From Candidatus Sericytochromatia bacterium (GTDB lineage: Bacteria > Cyanobacteriota > Sericytochromatia > S15B-MN24 > UBA4093), in NCBI GenBank assembly GCA_036676455.1, contig JAKFCW010000047.1:69203-101202 (forward strand): a stretch of DNA of 32,000 nt, written 5' to 3'. Under the pieces are notes generated by a model that saw only the letters and a list, made by a program, of their open reading frames with translations, did no database searches and had not been told where the DNA came from. The translations under genes were made by a program, and so were the position numbers. Of the stretch, positions 8,524-16,001 are shown in pieces (the stretch's first letter is position 1; each line of letters opens with the position of its first letter).

Positions 8524-9294
8524 TCAAACGGCTCCACCATGAGCAAGAAGTCGCTCGGTATCGGCGTAAATTGCCAGGTAATACGGAACCGTCAGCCGCT
8601 TTTGATCCTCGCACTCGAGCACCCATCCCAGGGGATGCGATACCAATACCCGTCCGTACAGGTTGCCCAGGCGCAAGCCCTCTCCAGGCCTGACCTTTTT
8701 CAAGCCCCTTCCCAAGACGAGGCTGGACAGGAGCAAACCGGTGGGGACAGCGAGGAGCGCCGAGACCCAAGGGGCCCAGGTAGCAAGGACGCTGAGTTCC
8801 AGGGTGGCCGCCAGGGTCGAAAGCCCGAATTGCGCGGATAGCAAGGCCGTCGCGATGCAGAGGGGAGGAAGGGCGATCGCCCCTTGCGGAACGATCCGCA
8901 TCTGGCGCTCCAGCTTCCGTTGCGCCGCGTCCTCGAGCTTGGCGAGCAACTCCGCGAGCACCGCTGCCACCGTTTCGGGATCGTCAGTCTGATCGAGAGT
9001 TTGCGTGAGACTTCCCCACGGGTCCCCATCCGATGGCTCAACGGGTTCGATGAGTGGCTTGCCTCTGGTCAGGAAATCGAAGAGGCGAACCCTGGATCGG
9101 ACGCTGGCATCCGGATCCGAGACAGCATCGGGAAAAACGTAGGGATTCGGACGTGGAGCGAGCTCCGGCGCTTCCACCTTGAAGACGTAGGGACTTCGAC
9201 GCGGTAGGCCCTTGATCGTGTTCAGGTCGATGACGTTAGCCATGGGACGTGCCGCAGGCGGTAGATCGGAAGTTCGCTGAGGGACGGACATCAC
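8524..9294 (-). CDS. Uncharacterised membrane protein, last gene of motor-like cluster
   Basis: AAGGAGG before ATG at 9294/9291; two to three hydrophobic segments (GAIALPPLCIATALLSAQFGL, WAPWVSALLAVPTGLLLSSLV) then a C-terminal beta-rich segment GEGLRLGNLYGRVLVSHPLGWVLECEDQKRLTVPYYLAIY. Confidence 0.7.
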   Translation of the reverse strand: MMSVPQRTSDLPPAARPMANVIDLNTIKGLPRRSPYVFKVEAPELAPRPNPYVFPDAVSDPDASVRSRVRLFDFLTRGKPLIEPVEPSDGDPWGSLTQTLDQTDDPETVAAVLAELLAKLEDAAQRKLERQMRIVPQGAIALPPLCIATALLSAQFGLSTLAATLELSVLATWAPWVSALLAVPTGLLLSSLVLGRGLKKVRPGEGLRLGNLYGRVLVSHPLGWVLECEDQKRLTVPYYLAIYADTERLLAHGGAV

Positions 9295-10025
9295 GGGGCC
9301 TCCTTCGGTTCGACCACGGGAATGGTTGCCGGGCGAGACTCGGGATAGAGCCGGATCACGATCCTGCGGTTGCGCGCCTGATTCTCCGGAATCGGCTTGC
9401 CCGCAGCGTCACGGTTGGGAACCTTCGGGTGGATATCCGAGTAGCCTGCGGCCTTGAGGCGCGATTGCTCCACGTCGGCCTCCAGCATGAAGCGGATGAC
9501 GTTCGTGGCCCGCCGCGCGGAGAGCTCCCAGTTGGAGGGAAATTCGGCGGTGCGAATCGGGTTATCGTCCGTATGCCCCTCCACCTCGATGGTGTAGGAA
9601 CGGTAGGTTTCGTTCTTCAACTCCTCGGCGATCTCGGTGAAGGTAGGCTTGATCGTCGGCAACAGCTCGGCCTTGCCGCTGTTGAAGAGGATGTTGGACG
9701 AGAATTCGACTACCACGCCCTTCTTGTCCTGGCTGACCTCGACCTGCTTTTCAAGGCCCTTGCTCTCGACGATCCGCTCGATCTGCTGCTTGATCTCCGA
9801 AATCGGACGTGCCGTTTCCTTACCGGTAAAGTCCTTTTGAAGCTGGGCGGAGACCTGCTCGAAGGCGCTGATGTCGACCGTTGAGACCGCCAGCATCATG
9901 ATGAAGAGCGCCATCAGGTTGGTGATGGTGTCGGCGTACGTGATCAGCCAGCCCTCGTCCTCCTGAAGTCCGCTGGAGCGGTGGGATCCGAAGGGATTGC
10001 GGTTCTGGCCGAAAGGACTTGCCAT
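9291..10025 (-). CDS. motB: MotB-like stator protein with C-terminal OmpA peptidoglycan-binding domain
   Basis: EDEGWLITYADTITNLMALFIMMLAVSTVD aligns with the MotB plug/TM region (Asp at residue 32); OmpA-like YTIEVEGHTDDNPI...NWELSARRATNVIRFML...KAAGYSDIHPKVPN...NRRIVIRL. Confidence 0.85.
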   Translation of the reverse strand: MASPFGQNRNPFGSHRSSGLQEDEGWLITYADTITNLMALFIMMLAVSTVDISAFEQVSAQLQKDFTGKETARPISEIKQQIERIVESKGLEKQVEVSQDKKGVVVEFSSNILFNSGKAELLPTIKPTFTEIAEELKNETYRSYTIEVEGHTDDNPIRTAEFPSNWELSARRATNVIRFMLEADVEQSRLKAAGYSDIHPKVPNRDAAGKPIPENQARNRRIVIRLYPESRPATIPVVEPKEAP

Positions 10026-10846
10026 CAGGTCCTCGCGGGGGTCTTAGCCCCCTTCGATGCCGCGAAGTGGTCGTAGTGGAAGGCGGGATCCATCAGCGCG
10101 TTCAAGCGATCCTGGACGTACAGGGGCGCCTTCTTCTGCGCGATGAGGACGATGCCCTCGAGTTGCATGTAGCGGCGGTGGCGCTGGATTTCCAGGATCT
10201 GCTGGGTCTTGGAGGCCGCCGGGATGAAGAGCAGGCGGGCCGCCATGACGCCATAGAGGGTGGCCAGGAGCGCCACGGCCATCGCGGGACCGATCTTGGA
10301 GGGGTCGGATCCCATGTTGGCCATCATGATGACCAGACCGATCAAGGTCCCCACCATCCCGAAGGCCGGCGCATGGCCACCCATCTGGTGAAGGATGGTG
10401 GCGGGAACCATGCGTCGCTGATGCTCCGACTCGATGAAGTCCCCCAGGAACAAGCGCAGGTCGGGCTCCTTGTAGCCGTTCATGAGCAGGGTCAGGGCGT
10501 ACTTCAAGAAGCCATCGAGCTTCTTTTTGGCGACCTCATCCTCGAGGGGACCGAGGCTCTGCTGGGTCGCGTAAGACCACTCGACCATCTGCTTGATGTC
10601 TGAGCGCAGGGTGCTGGGCTGGATCGGCTGCATGACGAAGATGCGGCCGAGCGTGACGAGCGCGCGCCAGACGTAGCGACTCCGCGCCCCGATCATCGCC
10701 GCGGCCACGGTGCCGCCGAAGATGATGGCAAACGGCTCCAAGCTCCAGAACATCGCGATGCTGCCGGAGTGCGCGACGATCGCCCAGCCGGTCAGGCCGA
10801 AGCCCAGGATGATTCCGAGGACGGTGGAGATCGAGATCATCGGCAT
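10025..10846 (-). CDS. motA: MotA-like stator protein
   Basis: Four hydrophobic segments; hallmark motifs GGHAPAFGMVGTLIGLVIMM and GPAMAVALLATLYGVMAARLLFIPAASK; N-terminal GIILGFGLTGWAIV...EPFAIIFGGTVAAAMI. Confidence 0.87.
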   Translation of the reverse strand: MPMISISTVLGIILGFGLTGWAIVAHSGSIAMFWSLEPFAIIFGGTVAAAMIGARSRYVWRALVTLGRIFVMQPIQPSTLRSDIKQMVEWSYATQQSLGPLEDEVAKKKLDGFLKYALTLLMNGYKEPDLRLFLGDFIESEHQRRMVPATILHQMGGHAPAFGMVGTLIGLVIMMANMGSDPSKIGPAMAVALLATLYGVMAARLLFIPAASKTQQILEIQRHRRYMQLEGIVLIAQKKAPLYVQDRLNALMDPAFHYDHFAASKGAKTPART

Positions 10847-10855
10847 TTCAACCTC

Positions 10856-12013
10856 CTATCGGAACGACATGCCGATGGTGGCATGGTAGCTCATCCCGCC
10901 GTACGTCATCGAATTCGCATAGCCGCTGCCGGCTGGGGCCAGGCTGACGTCCTGCTGCGGCACGTAGGTGAGCCCGAGGTTCATGAAGAGGTCCGGCGTG
11001 AAGCGGATCAAGAAGCCTCCCTTTGCGGTGGAGGGCTGGCGCAACGCGTCTGCGAGCGAGATCGCGAAGCCCGGCCCTGCGTACAGGTTGACCACGCCGA
11101 GGTTGTCCTTGCCCCCGAAGAGCGGGTCGAGACGCATGAACAGCAAGGGGGAGACGTTGACCAGGCCGTGATAGAGCGAGAAGTCGACGCCGCCGCCCTG
11201 GATGTACTCGGCATCGATACCGACCGCGAGATTCTCCCAGAAGTAGGTGTTGCGGAGCGCCATCACGCCAGCGCTCAGCGAGAGATCCGCATGACGCGCG
11301 GGAACTCCGGCCGTGGACGAGACCCGGTCGGCGGCGAAGCCCGTCACGCCGGAATAAAGGTAGACGCCATTGTCCCGGGTCTTCCGCTCGAGTTCGGCGC
11401 GCTTGGCGGCCTCGGCCTTGCGGGCTTCTTCCTCCGCCTTGGCGCGCATGGCGGCGCCCTGCCGAACGGCGTTGAAGTCGTAGGCATAGCGATGCGTCCA
11501 GACGATCTCGCCATCCGAGGCGCGCACCAGCTTGAGATGAACCATGACCACCTCGTTGGTCACGAAGGGCGCGTACATGAGCACGGCATCCGCCCCGACG
11601 TTTCCGGCCAGATCGCGCAGGCGATCCAGCGACTCGATGGTCGTGCTGACCTGGAGCTCGGTAGGCGTCGAGACGATCTTGCGGACCTTAGACTCGCGCG
11701 ACTCCACCACCTTGAAGCGACGAAGCGGCAGCAAGAGCTCGTGAAGGCGGTTCTCGACGAGGAGATCCAGCTTGTCGGTCTCGGGGCGGCGGCGCTCATT
11801 GAAAAGAAAGATCCGCAATAGCGTGGGATCGATCTTGGTGATCTCCTCGGGAAGCGCCGGGATGATCTGCTCGGCAGCCTGACTGTAGTTCAAGAGATCC
11901 GTGACGAGGGGATGCAGGGCAGGCGGCTCGACCTCGGCCATTGCCGGCGACGCGACGCTAGTCAAGGCGAGCGAAAGCGCGATTCCTCCAGATAGTAGCC
12001 ACTTGGCGCTCAC
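10856..12013 (-). CDS. Exported protein with FlgO/CsgG-like domain plus C-terminal outer-membrane beta-barrel-like region
   Basis: Signal peptide ending SPAMAEV; RLHELLLPLRRFKVVES...DRLRDLAGNVGADAVLMYAPFV...VHLKLVRASDGEIVWTHRYAYDF; coiled region RAKAEEEARKAEAAKRAELERK; then alternating beta-strand C terminus ending in aromatic GMSFR. Confidence 0.7.
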   Translation of the reverse strand: MSAKWLLSGGIALSLALTSVASPAMAEVEPPALHPLVTDLLNYSQAAEQIIPALPEEITKIDPTLLRIFLFNERRRPETDKLDLLVENRLHELLLPLRRFKVVESRESKVRKIVSTPTELQVSTTIESLDRLRDLAGNVGADAVLMYAPFVTNEVVMVHLKLVRASDGEIVWTHRYAYDFNAVRQGAAMRAKAEEEARKAEAAKRAELERKTRDNGVYLYSGVTGFAADRVSSTAGVPARHADLSLSAGVMALRNTYFWENLAVGIDAEYIQGGGVDFSLYHGLVNVSPLLFMRLDPLFGGKDNLGVVNLYAGPGFAISLADALRQPSTAKGGFLIRFTPDLFMNLGLTYVPQQDVSLAPAGSGYANSMTYGGMSYHATIGMSFR

Positions 12014-12016
12014 CGA

Positions 12017-12766
12017 TTACCTCCTCCGATTCCGAATCCAGTCAAGCGCTTGCTGCGCGTCCGAGAGCCGTGGGTCCAACTCGAGGGCCCGGACCCACCC
12101 TTCCTCCGCCTGGCGCTCCCGACCAAGCTTGAAGCAAATCGATCCCCGCATGGCATGCAGGTGCGCCACCTGGTCGTCCACGCCCAGCGCGGCATCGACG
12201 ACCTCCAGGGCACTCTGGTAGCGGCCCTGCTGGGCCAGGCGCGGAGCACGGTAGAGCGCGTCGGCGACGATCTGCAGGCGTTCCGAGCCCAGCTCACGCG
12301 ACGCCGGTATCGCCGGAGCCTTGGCAGCGGCCGGCATCGGCAGCTCCGCATTCTTCGGGGTGGGAGTGGGGGAGGCCTGCGCCTGCAACTCCTCTTCCGC
12401 ATACTGCAGCCATTCGTAGGGCACATGGCTGGCGCTGGGGGAAGGCATCGGCTCGGGAAGGGCGCTGGTGGCCGACTCCTTGGCGTCGGTGCTCGAGGCT
12501 TCAGGGGTCGGCGAGGCCGCGGGAATCGCCCCCGGCGCGGGAGATTTGTCCATCTCGATGCGCAGGAAGAAATCAGGTTGATTGGTATCCAAGAGGGAAT
12601 CCACGTCAACCGTTTCCAGCCCGCGCTTCAGGTGGATGACTCCCTCGCGCTGGCCGGAAACCGGCGACGTCAGGCCCTGCTGGATGAGGACGAGGGGAAG
12701 CGTGGCGACGATGGTCAGGCCGTAGGCGATCGCCCAGACGCGCCGACGGTTCGGCAGATTTGCCAT
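12017..12766 (-). CDS. Membrane-anchored protein with C-terminal TPR-like repeats
   Basis: N-terminal TM VWAIAYGLTIVATLPLVLIQQG; Pro/Ser/Ala-rich linker; QQGRYQSALEVVDAALGVDDQVAHLHAMRGSICFKLGRERQAEEGWVRALELDPRLSDAQQAL. Confidence 0.7.
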   Translation of the reverse strand: MANLPNRRRVWAIAYGLTIVATLPLVLIQQGLTSPVSGQREGVIHLKRGLETVDVDSLLDTNQPDFFLRIEMDKSPAPGAIPAASPTPEASSTDAKESATSALPEPMPSPSASHVPYEWLQYAEEELQAQASPTPTPKNAELPMPAAAKAPAIPASRELGSERLQIVADALYRAPRLAQQGRYQSALEVVDAALGVDDQVAHLHAMRGSICFKLGRERQAEEGWVRALELDPRLSDAQQALDWIRNRRR

Positions 12767-12768
12767 GG

Positions 12769-14613
12769 TTAGTTTCCTCCGGCTTGCGGAATCACCAGCA
12801 CGCGGGTGGTCTGGCGAATCCGGCTAAGCAAATCACGGCGCATGGCCTCCCGGGCCTCCGGGTTGGCATCCAGCAGAGACGGGCCCTTGAGGGCCTCCTC
12901 GACGACCATGCGGCCGCGCTCGTTGAGCGCACCAACGAGCGCGTTGAGCACGTCGGCCGGCGCATCGCGCAGCACCTCGGCGAGTTGCTCCTTGGGGAAA
13001 TCGCGGACCGCATCGCGCAGCACGTCCTTGGGGAGCTTCGGCAAGTCGTCGAATGCCACGTAGCTTTGCTTGACCTGCTTGAGCACCTGGGGGTTCTGGG
13101 TCGACAGCTCCTGCATGATGCGCCGCTCCATCTCCCGGTCGGAGTGGTCCAACAGGCCCACCAGCACGCCGATGCCGTTGGTGACGCCCGTCGAGAAGCG
13201 CGGCGCCTCCGACGCCTTGCTTGCAAGGTGAAGCGCGATGTCGTTGAAGGTCTCGAGGGGAATCTCGGAAAGCGCGCCCATGGCTGCGGTGACGGTTCCC
13301 AGCTCCCCGGGACTCAGCAGGTGCATCAGGCCGATCGCCCGCTGGGGAGGCAGCTGGGAGAAGGCCAGCGCCTGGACGCGTGGGGACTCGTCCTGGAGGA
13401 TGTAAATGATTTGCGAGTCGTCGAGCGTCTGAAGAAAGGCGAAAGGCTCGTTACGGCGCGTGCTCGTCCGAGAACCGGCCGTGTGGCGATCGCGCACGAT
13501 GGCGCGAATGGCCTCGCTGAGGGCCTGTTGCAACTCCTCGGCGGGAACGTCGGCACGCTCGAACTGCTTGAGCTCGATCGCCCGCCAGATTTCCTCCGAG
13601 ACGCCTGCGAAGAGGCGACGGCTCACGCCCGCCCCGAGGGTACGGGTCAGCAGCGAGGCCCGCTCCATGCCAAGTTCTTGACCGAGCAGCTGGTGCATGT
13701 AGCGCTCGGCAAGCTCGGGCTCGCTCAGGATCAGCATCGTCAACTCGTGGCGCAGCGGCTCGAGGTTGGGCCCCTGAGGCTCGGCCGGCGTGCTCTTGAG
13801 AGCCGAAGCCGCGTGTGCGGCCTGCGGTGCGAGGGAAGGCGCATCCGGACGACGGCGCGAACGCGTGAGCAGCCACCCCAAGCCCAGTCCGGCGCCGGCA
13901 GCCAGGACGGCCCACGCCCACGGCGGAAGGAGCGGAGAATCAGCCGTGCCGGCGGGAGTCGACGGGAAGTCGCGGCGCGTGATCTCGACGATCAGGTCCC
14001 GGGCGTAGGCATGATCCACCTTCTGGGCGACCATGTTGCGAATGAAGTCCTCATCCTGGCTCGTCAGGGAGGTGGGCAGCACGACAGAAACTTTCAAACG
14101 ATCGATCGACTGGGTTGGAGCCGGATCGTTCGGAGGAGCCACGGGCGCCGGATTCGGCAGATAGGGCATCGCCATGGAGGAAGGCGGCTCGAGCGTCTCA
14201 TCCTCACGCTGTCCCCCGAAGAGGCCCGGAAGGATCGGCGGCTCGTCGGCGCCACGTGTCGACAGAGCCGAGGGCCGCTGCGTCGGAAGCTGGGGCAGCA
14301 TCTGAGGCGCTTGCTGAGGGAGCGGCTGTTGCACGTAAGCGGGCCGCGAGCCGCGCTCTCCGCCCTCCTTGAGGATCGCCTTCACCTGCACGATGAAGCG
14401 GTCGGCGCCGAGGTAGGCGCTCAGGCCACGATCCAGGCTCTCCTCGAGGTAGCGCTCGTAGCTCAGCACTCCCAGCTCAGACTCCGATCGGGGAACTTCC
14501 GGCGGATTGAGCTGCGCGCTGGCGGCCATGGGAACGAGGGTCCCCGCCAGCAGCGCTCCAATAATGACGGCTTTTCGATTCTTCAACGGTACGCAACCTC
14601 GCAATTGGTTCAA
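12769..14613 (-). CDS. FliF(C-terminal)-FliG-like fusion protein
   Basis: N-terminal signal-like sequence; YERYLEESLDRGLSAYLGADRFIVQVKAIL and IDRLKVSVVLPTSLTSQDEDFIRNMVAQKVDHAYARDLIVEITRRDF resemble FliF periplasmic C-terminal segments; TM PWAWAVLAAGAGLGLGWLLTR; then FliG-like FAFLQTLDDSQIIYILQDESPRVQALAFSQLPPQRAIGLMHLLSPGE and FDDLPKLPKDVLRDAVRDFPKEQLAEVLRDAPADVLNALVGALNERGRMVVEEALKG. Track start is TTG; an in-frame TTG at 14586 gives MKNRKAVIIGALLAGTLVPMAASA. Confidence 0.8.
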   Translation of the reverse strand: MNQLRGCVPLKNRKAVIIGALLAGTLVPMAASAQLNPPEVPRSESELGVLSYERYLEESLDRGLSAYLGADRFIVQVKAILKEGGERGSRPAYVQQPLPQQAPQMLPQLPTQRPSALSTRGADEPPILPGLFGGQREDETLEPPSSMAMPYLPNPAPVAPPNDPAPTQSIDRLKVSVVLPTSLTSQDEDFIRNMVAQKVDHAYARDLIVEITRRDFPSTPAGTADSPLLPPWAWAVLAAGAGLGLGWLLTRSRRRPDAPSLAPQAAHAASALKSTPAEPQGPNLEPLRHELTMLILSEPELAERYMHQLLGQELGMERASLLTRTLGAGVSRRLFAGVSEEIWRAIELKQFERADVPAEELQQALSEAIRAIVRDRHTAGSRTSTRRNEPFAFLQTLDDSQIIYILQDESPRVQALAFSQLPPQRAIGLMHLLSPGELGTVTAAMGALSEIPLETFNDIALHLASKASEAPRFSTGVTNGIGVLVGLLDHSDREMERRIMQELSTQNPQVLKQVKQSYVAFDDLPKLPKDVLRDAVRDFPKEQLAEVLRDAPADVLNALVGALNERGRMVVEEALKGPSLLDANPEAREAMRRDLLSRIRQTTRVLVIPQAGGN

Positions 14614-14711
14614 CTCTTTCCCCAGGATAGCGCTCGGCGCGCGATTCAGCGGTGACCCTCGTCATAGCCGGGTGCGGTATGATAACACCAGATAGTTCGG
14701 AGGCCATTCTC

Positions 14712-15227
14712 ATGCTTGTCACTCGCCCCCTCTGGGGACTTATCTGCGGTACGCTCTTGCTGAGCGGATTCAACTCTCCGGCCTGGGCCCAGGCGGCTCG
14801 GAACGCTGAGCGATCCCCCATCGAGTTCCGTCTTCACCACCCCGAGGCCACGGCATCGACGGACGTGGATATCTGGGCGCCGGCCGATCCCCGCGTGCTT
14901 CACGACACCCAGCAGGATCTCGCGGCCATCCAGCAGTCGGTCTCGCCGTCCCGAGACTCGCGCCCATCCTTCACCGACGCGCTCCTCACGGGGATGGCCA
15001 CGCTCCCGGTCATCGGCCAGTTCGCCAACCACGACTGGATGAAGGGCCTCGTCACCTTGGGCACCGCCGCCGGCCTCACGACCGCCATCGTGATCGGCAA
15101 CGACCGGAACGACCCGCAGCTCGTGCGGCTGGGAACCCTGGGCCTCTACCCCCTGGCGGTTTTCGGAACCGTGGACGCCCTCGTCACCCGCCAGAAACGG
15201 GAAGCCAAGCCTTCGGTTCACCCATAA
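14712..15227 (+). CDS. Hypothetical exported/membrane protein
   Basis: GGAGG upstream; MLVTRPLWGLICGTLLLSGFNSPAWAQA signal peptide; two C-terminal hydrophobic segments. Start chosen over the track start at 14652. Confidence 0.55.
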   Translation: MLVTRPLWGLICGTLLLSGFNSPAWAQAARNAERSPIEFRLHHPEATASTDVDIWAPADPRVLHDTQQDLAAIQQSVSPSRDSRPSFTDALLTGMATLPVIGQFANHDWMKGLVTLGTAAGLTTAIVIGNDRNDPQLVRLGTLGLYPLAVFGTVDALVTRQKREAKPSVHP

Positions 15228-15242
15228 ACCACCGGTCACGAC

Positions 15243-16001
15243 TTAGATCTTCACCTGGGTCAGCACTGCCTCCGCACGCAACCCTGCGACCGTGAACTGG
15301 GCCTTGACGAGCCCCACCCCGGGAGCGAACCAGGCCTCGGTCGGTTCGCCATGGTCCTCGACGTAAAGCACCTTCCAGCACCCGGGAAACGTCGCCACCT
15401 CCGTCTCGACGCGTTCCAATCCGATCAGACGCGCCTTTCCGTTGATTGACGGCCAGTACATGCCCGGCGTCGCACGTTGCGGCATCATGGGCTTGCCGTC
15501 GACCTGGATCCAATCCTCGTCAACGCGGGCCTTCCATGCTTGATTCCCCGAAAGCCACCCCACCGTGAAGCGCGATTCCACCTCCAGCTCGAAACCCTGG
15601 TTCTTCGGCTCAAACCTCTGCACTGTCAGCTCCATGCGGCCTTGGGGAAACCAGCCATCGATAGCACTTAGGCGGTAATTCAAGACCGTGTTCGCACTGA
15701 AAACCATGGGCCCCTGGACGAACGTCCGTTGCACGGCCTCCGACGTCCCCCCTGCAGCCCCCTCTCCGGGAGTCGAGGGTTCTGCAACGGGAGCGTCTTT
15801 GGCTCGGTCGCTGGTGGCCCCGTCTTCTTTCCGCTTTTCCGGCTTGTCTGCCAGGGGATCAACACTCCATTCCGCCGGAGGCTGAAGCATCGTTCCCGTC
15901 TCCTGCCATTCGGCAGGCAAGCCTACACCCGAACTTGGGCATCCTGCGAGGGGCCAAGCGATCAGAAAGGCGATGGCAAACCGCGCGACCGTCCAATTCA
16001 T
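15243..16001 (-). CDS. Hypothetical lipoprotein
   Basis: MNWTVARFAIAFLIAWPLAGCPSSG lipobox; low-complexity linker; beta-rich C-terminal domain with EAWFAPGVGLVKAQF. Confidence 0.7.
   Translation of the reverse strand: MNWTVARFAIAFLIAWPLAGCPSSGVGLPAEWQETGTMLQPPAEWSVDPLADKPEKRKEDGATSDRAKDAPVAEPSTPGEGAAGGTSEAVQRTFVQGPMVFSANTVLNYRLSAIDGWFPQGRMELTVQRFEPKNQGFELEVESRFTVGWLSGNQAWKARVDEDWIQVDGKPMMPQRATPGMYWPSINGKARLIGLERVETEVATFPGCWKVLYVEDHGEPTEAWFAPGVGLVKAQFTVAGLRAEAVLTQVKI

Noticed and set aside
8524-14613. Interpretation as a Zorya-type defence locus because of the MotA/MotB pair
   Set aside because: No ZorC/ZorD/ZorE-like helicase or nuclease nearby; the partners are FliF/FliG-like, TPR and FlgO/CsgG-like instead. 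Only phylogeny can exclude it completely.
12760-14655. Plus-strand 631-aa ORF
   Set aside because: Exactly antisense to the FliF/FliG-like gene; Arg/Gly/His/Gln-rich mirror ORF typical of high-GC DNA, with no recognisable motif.
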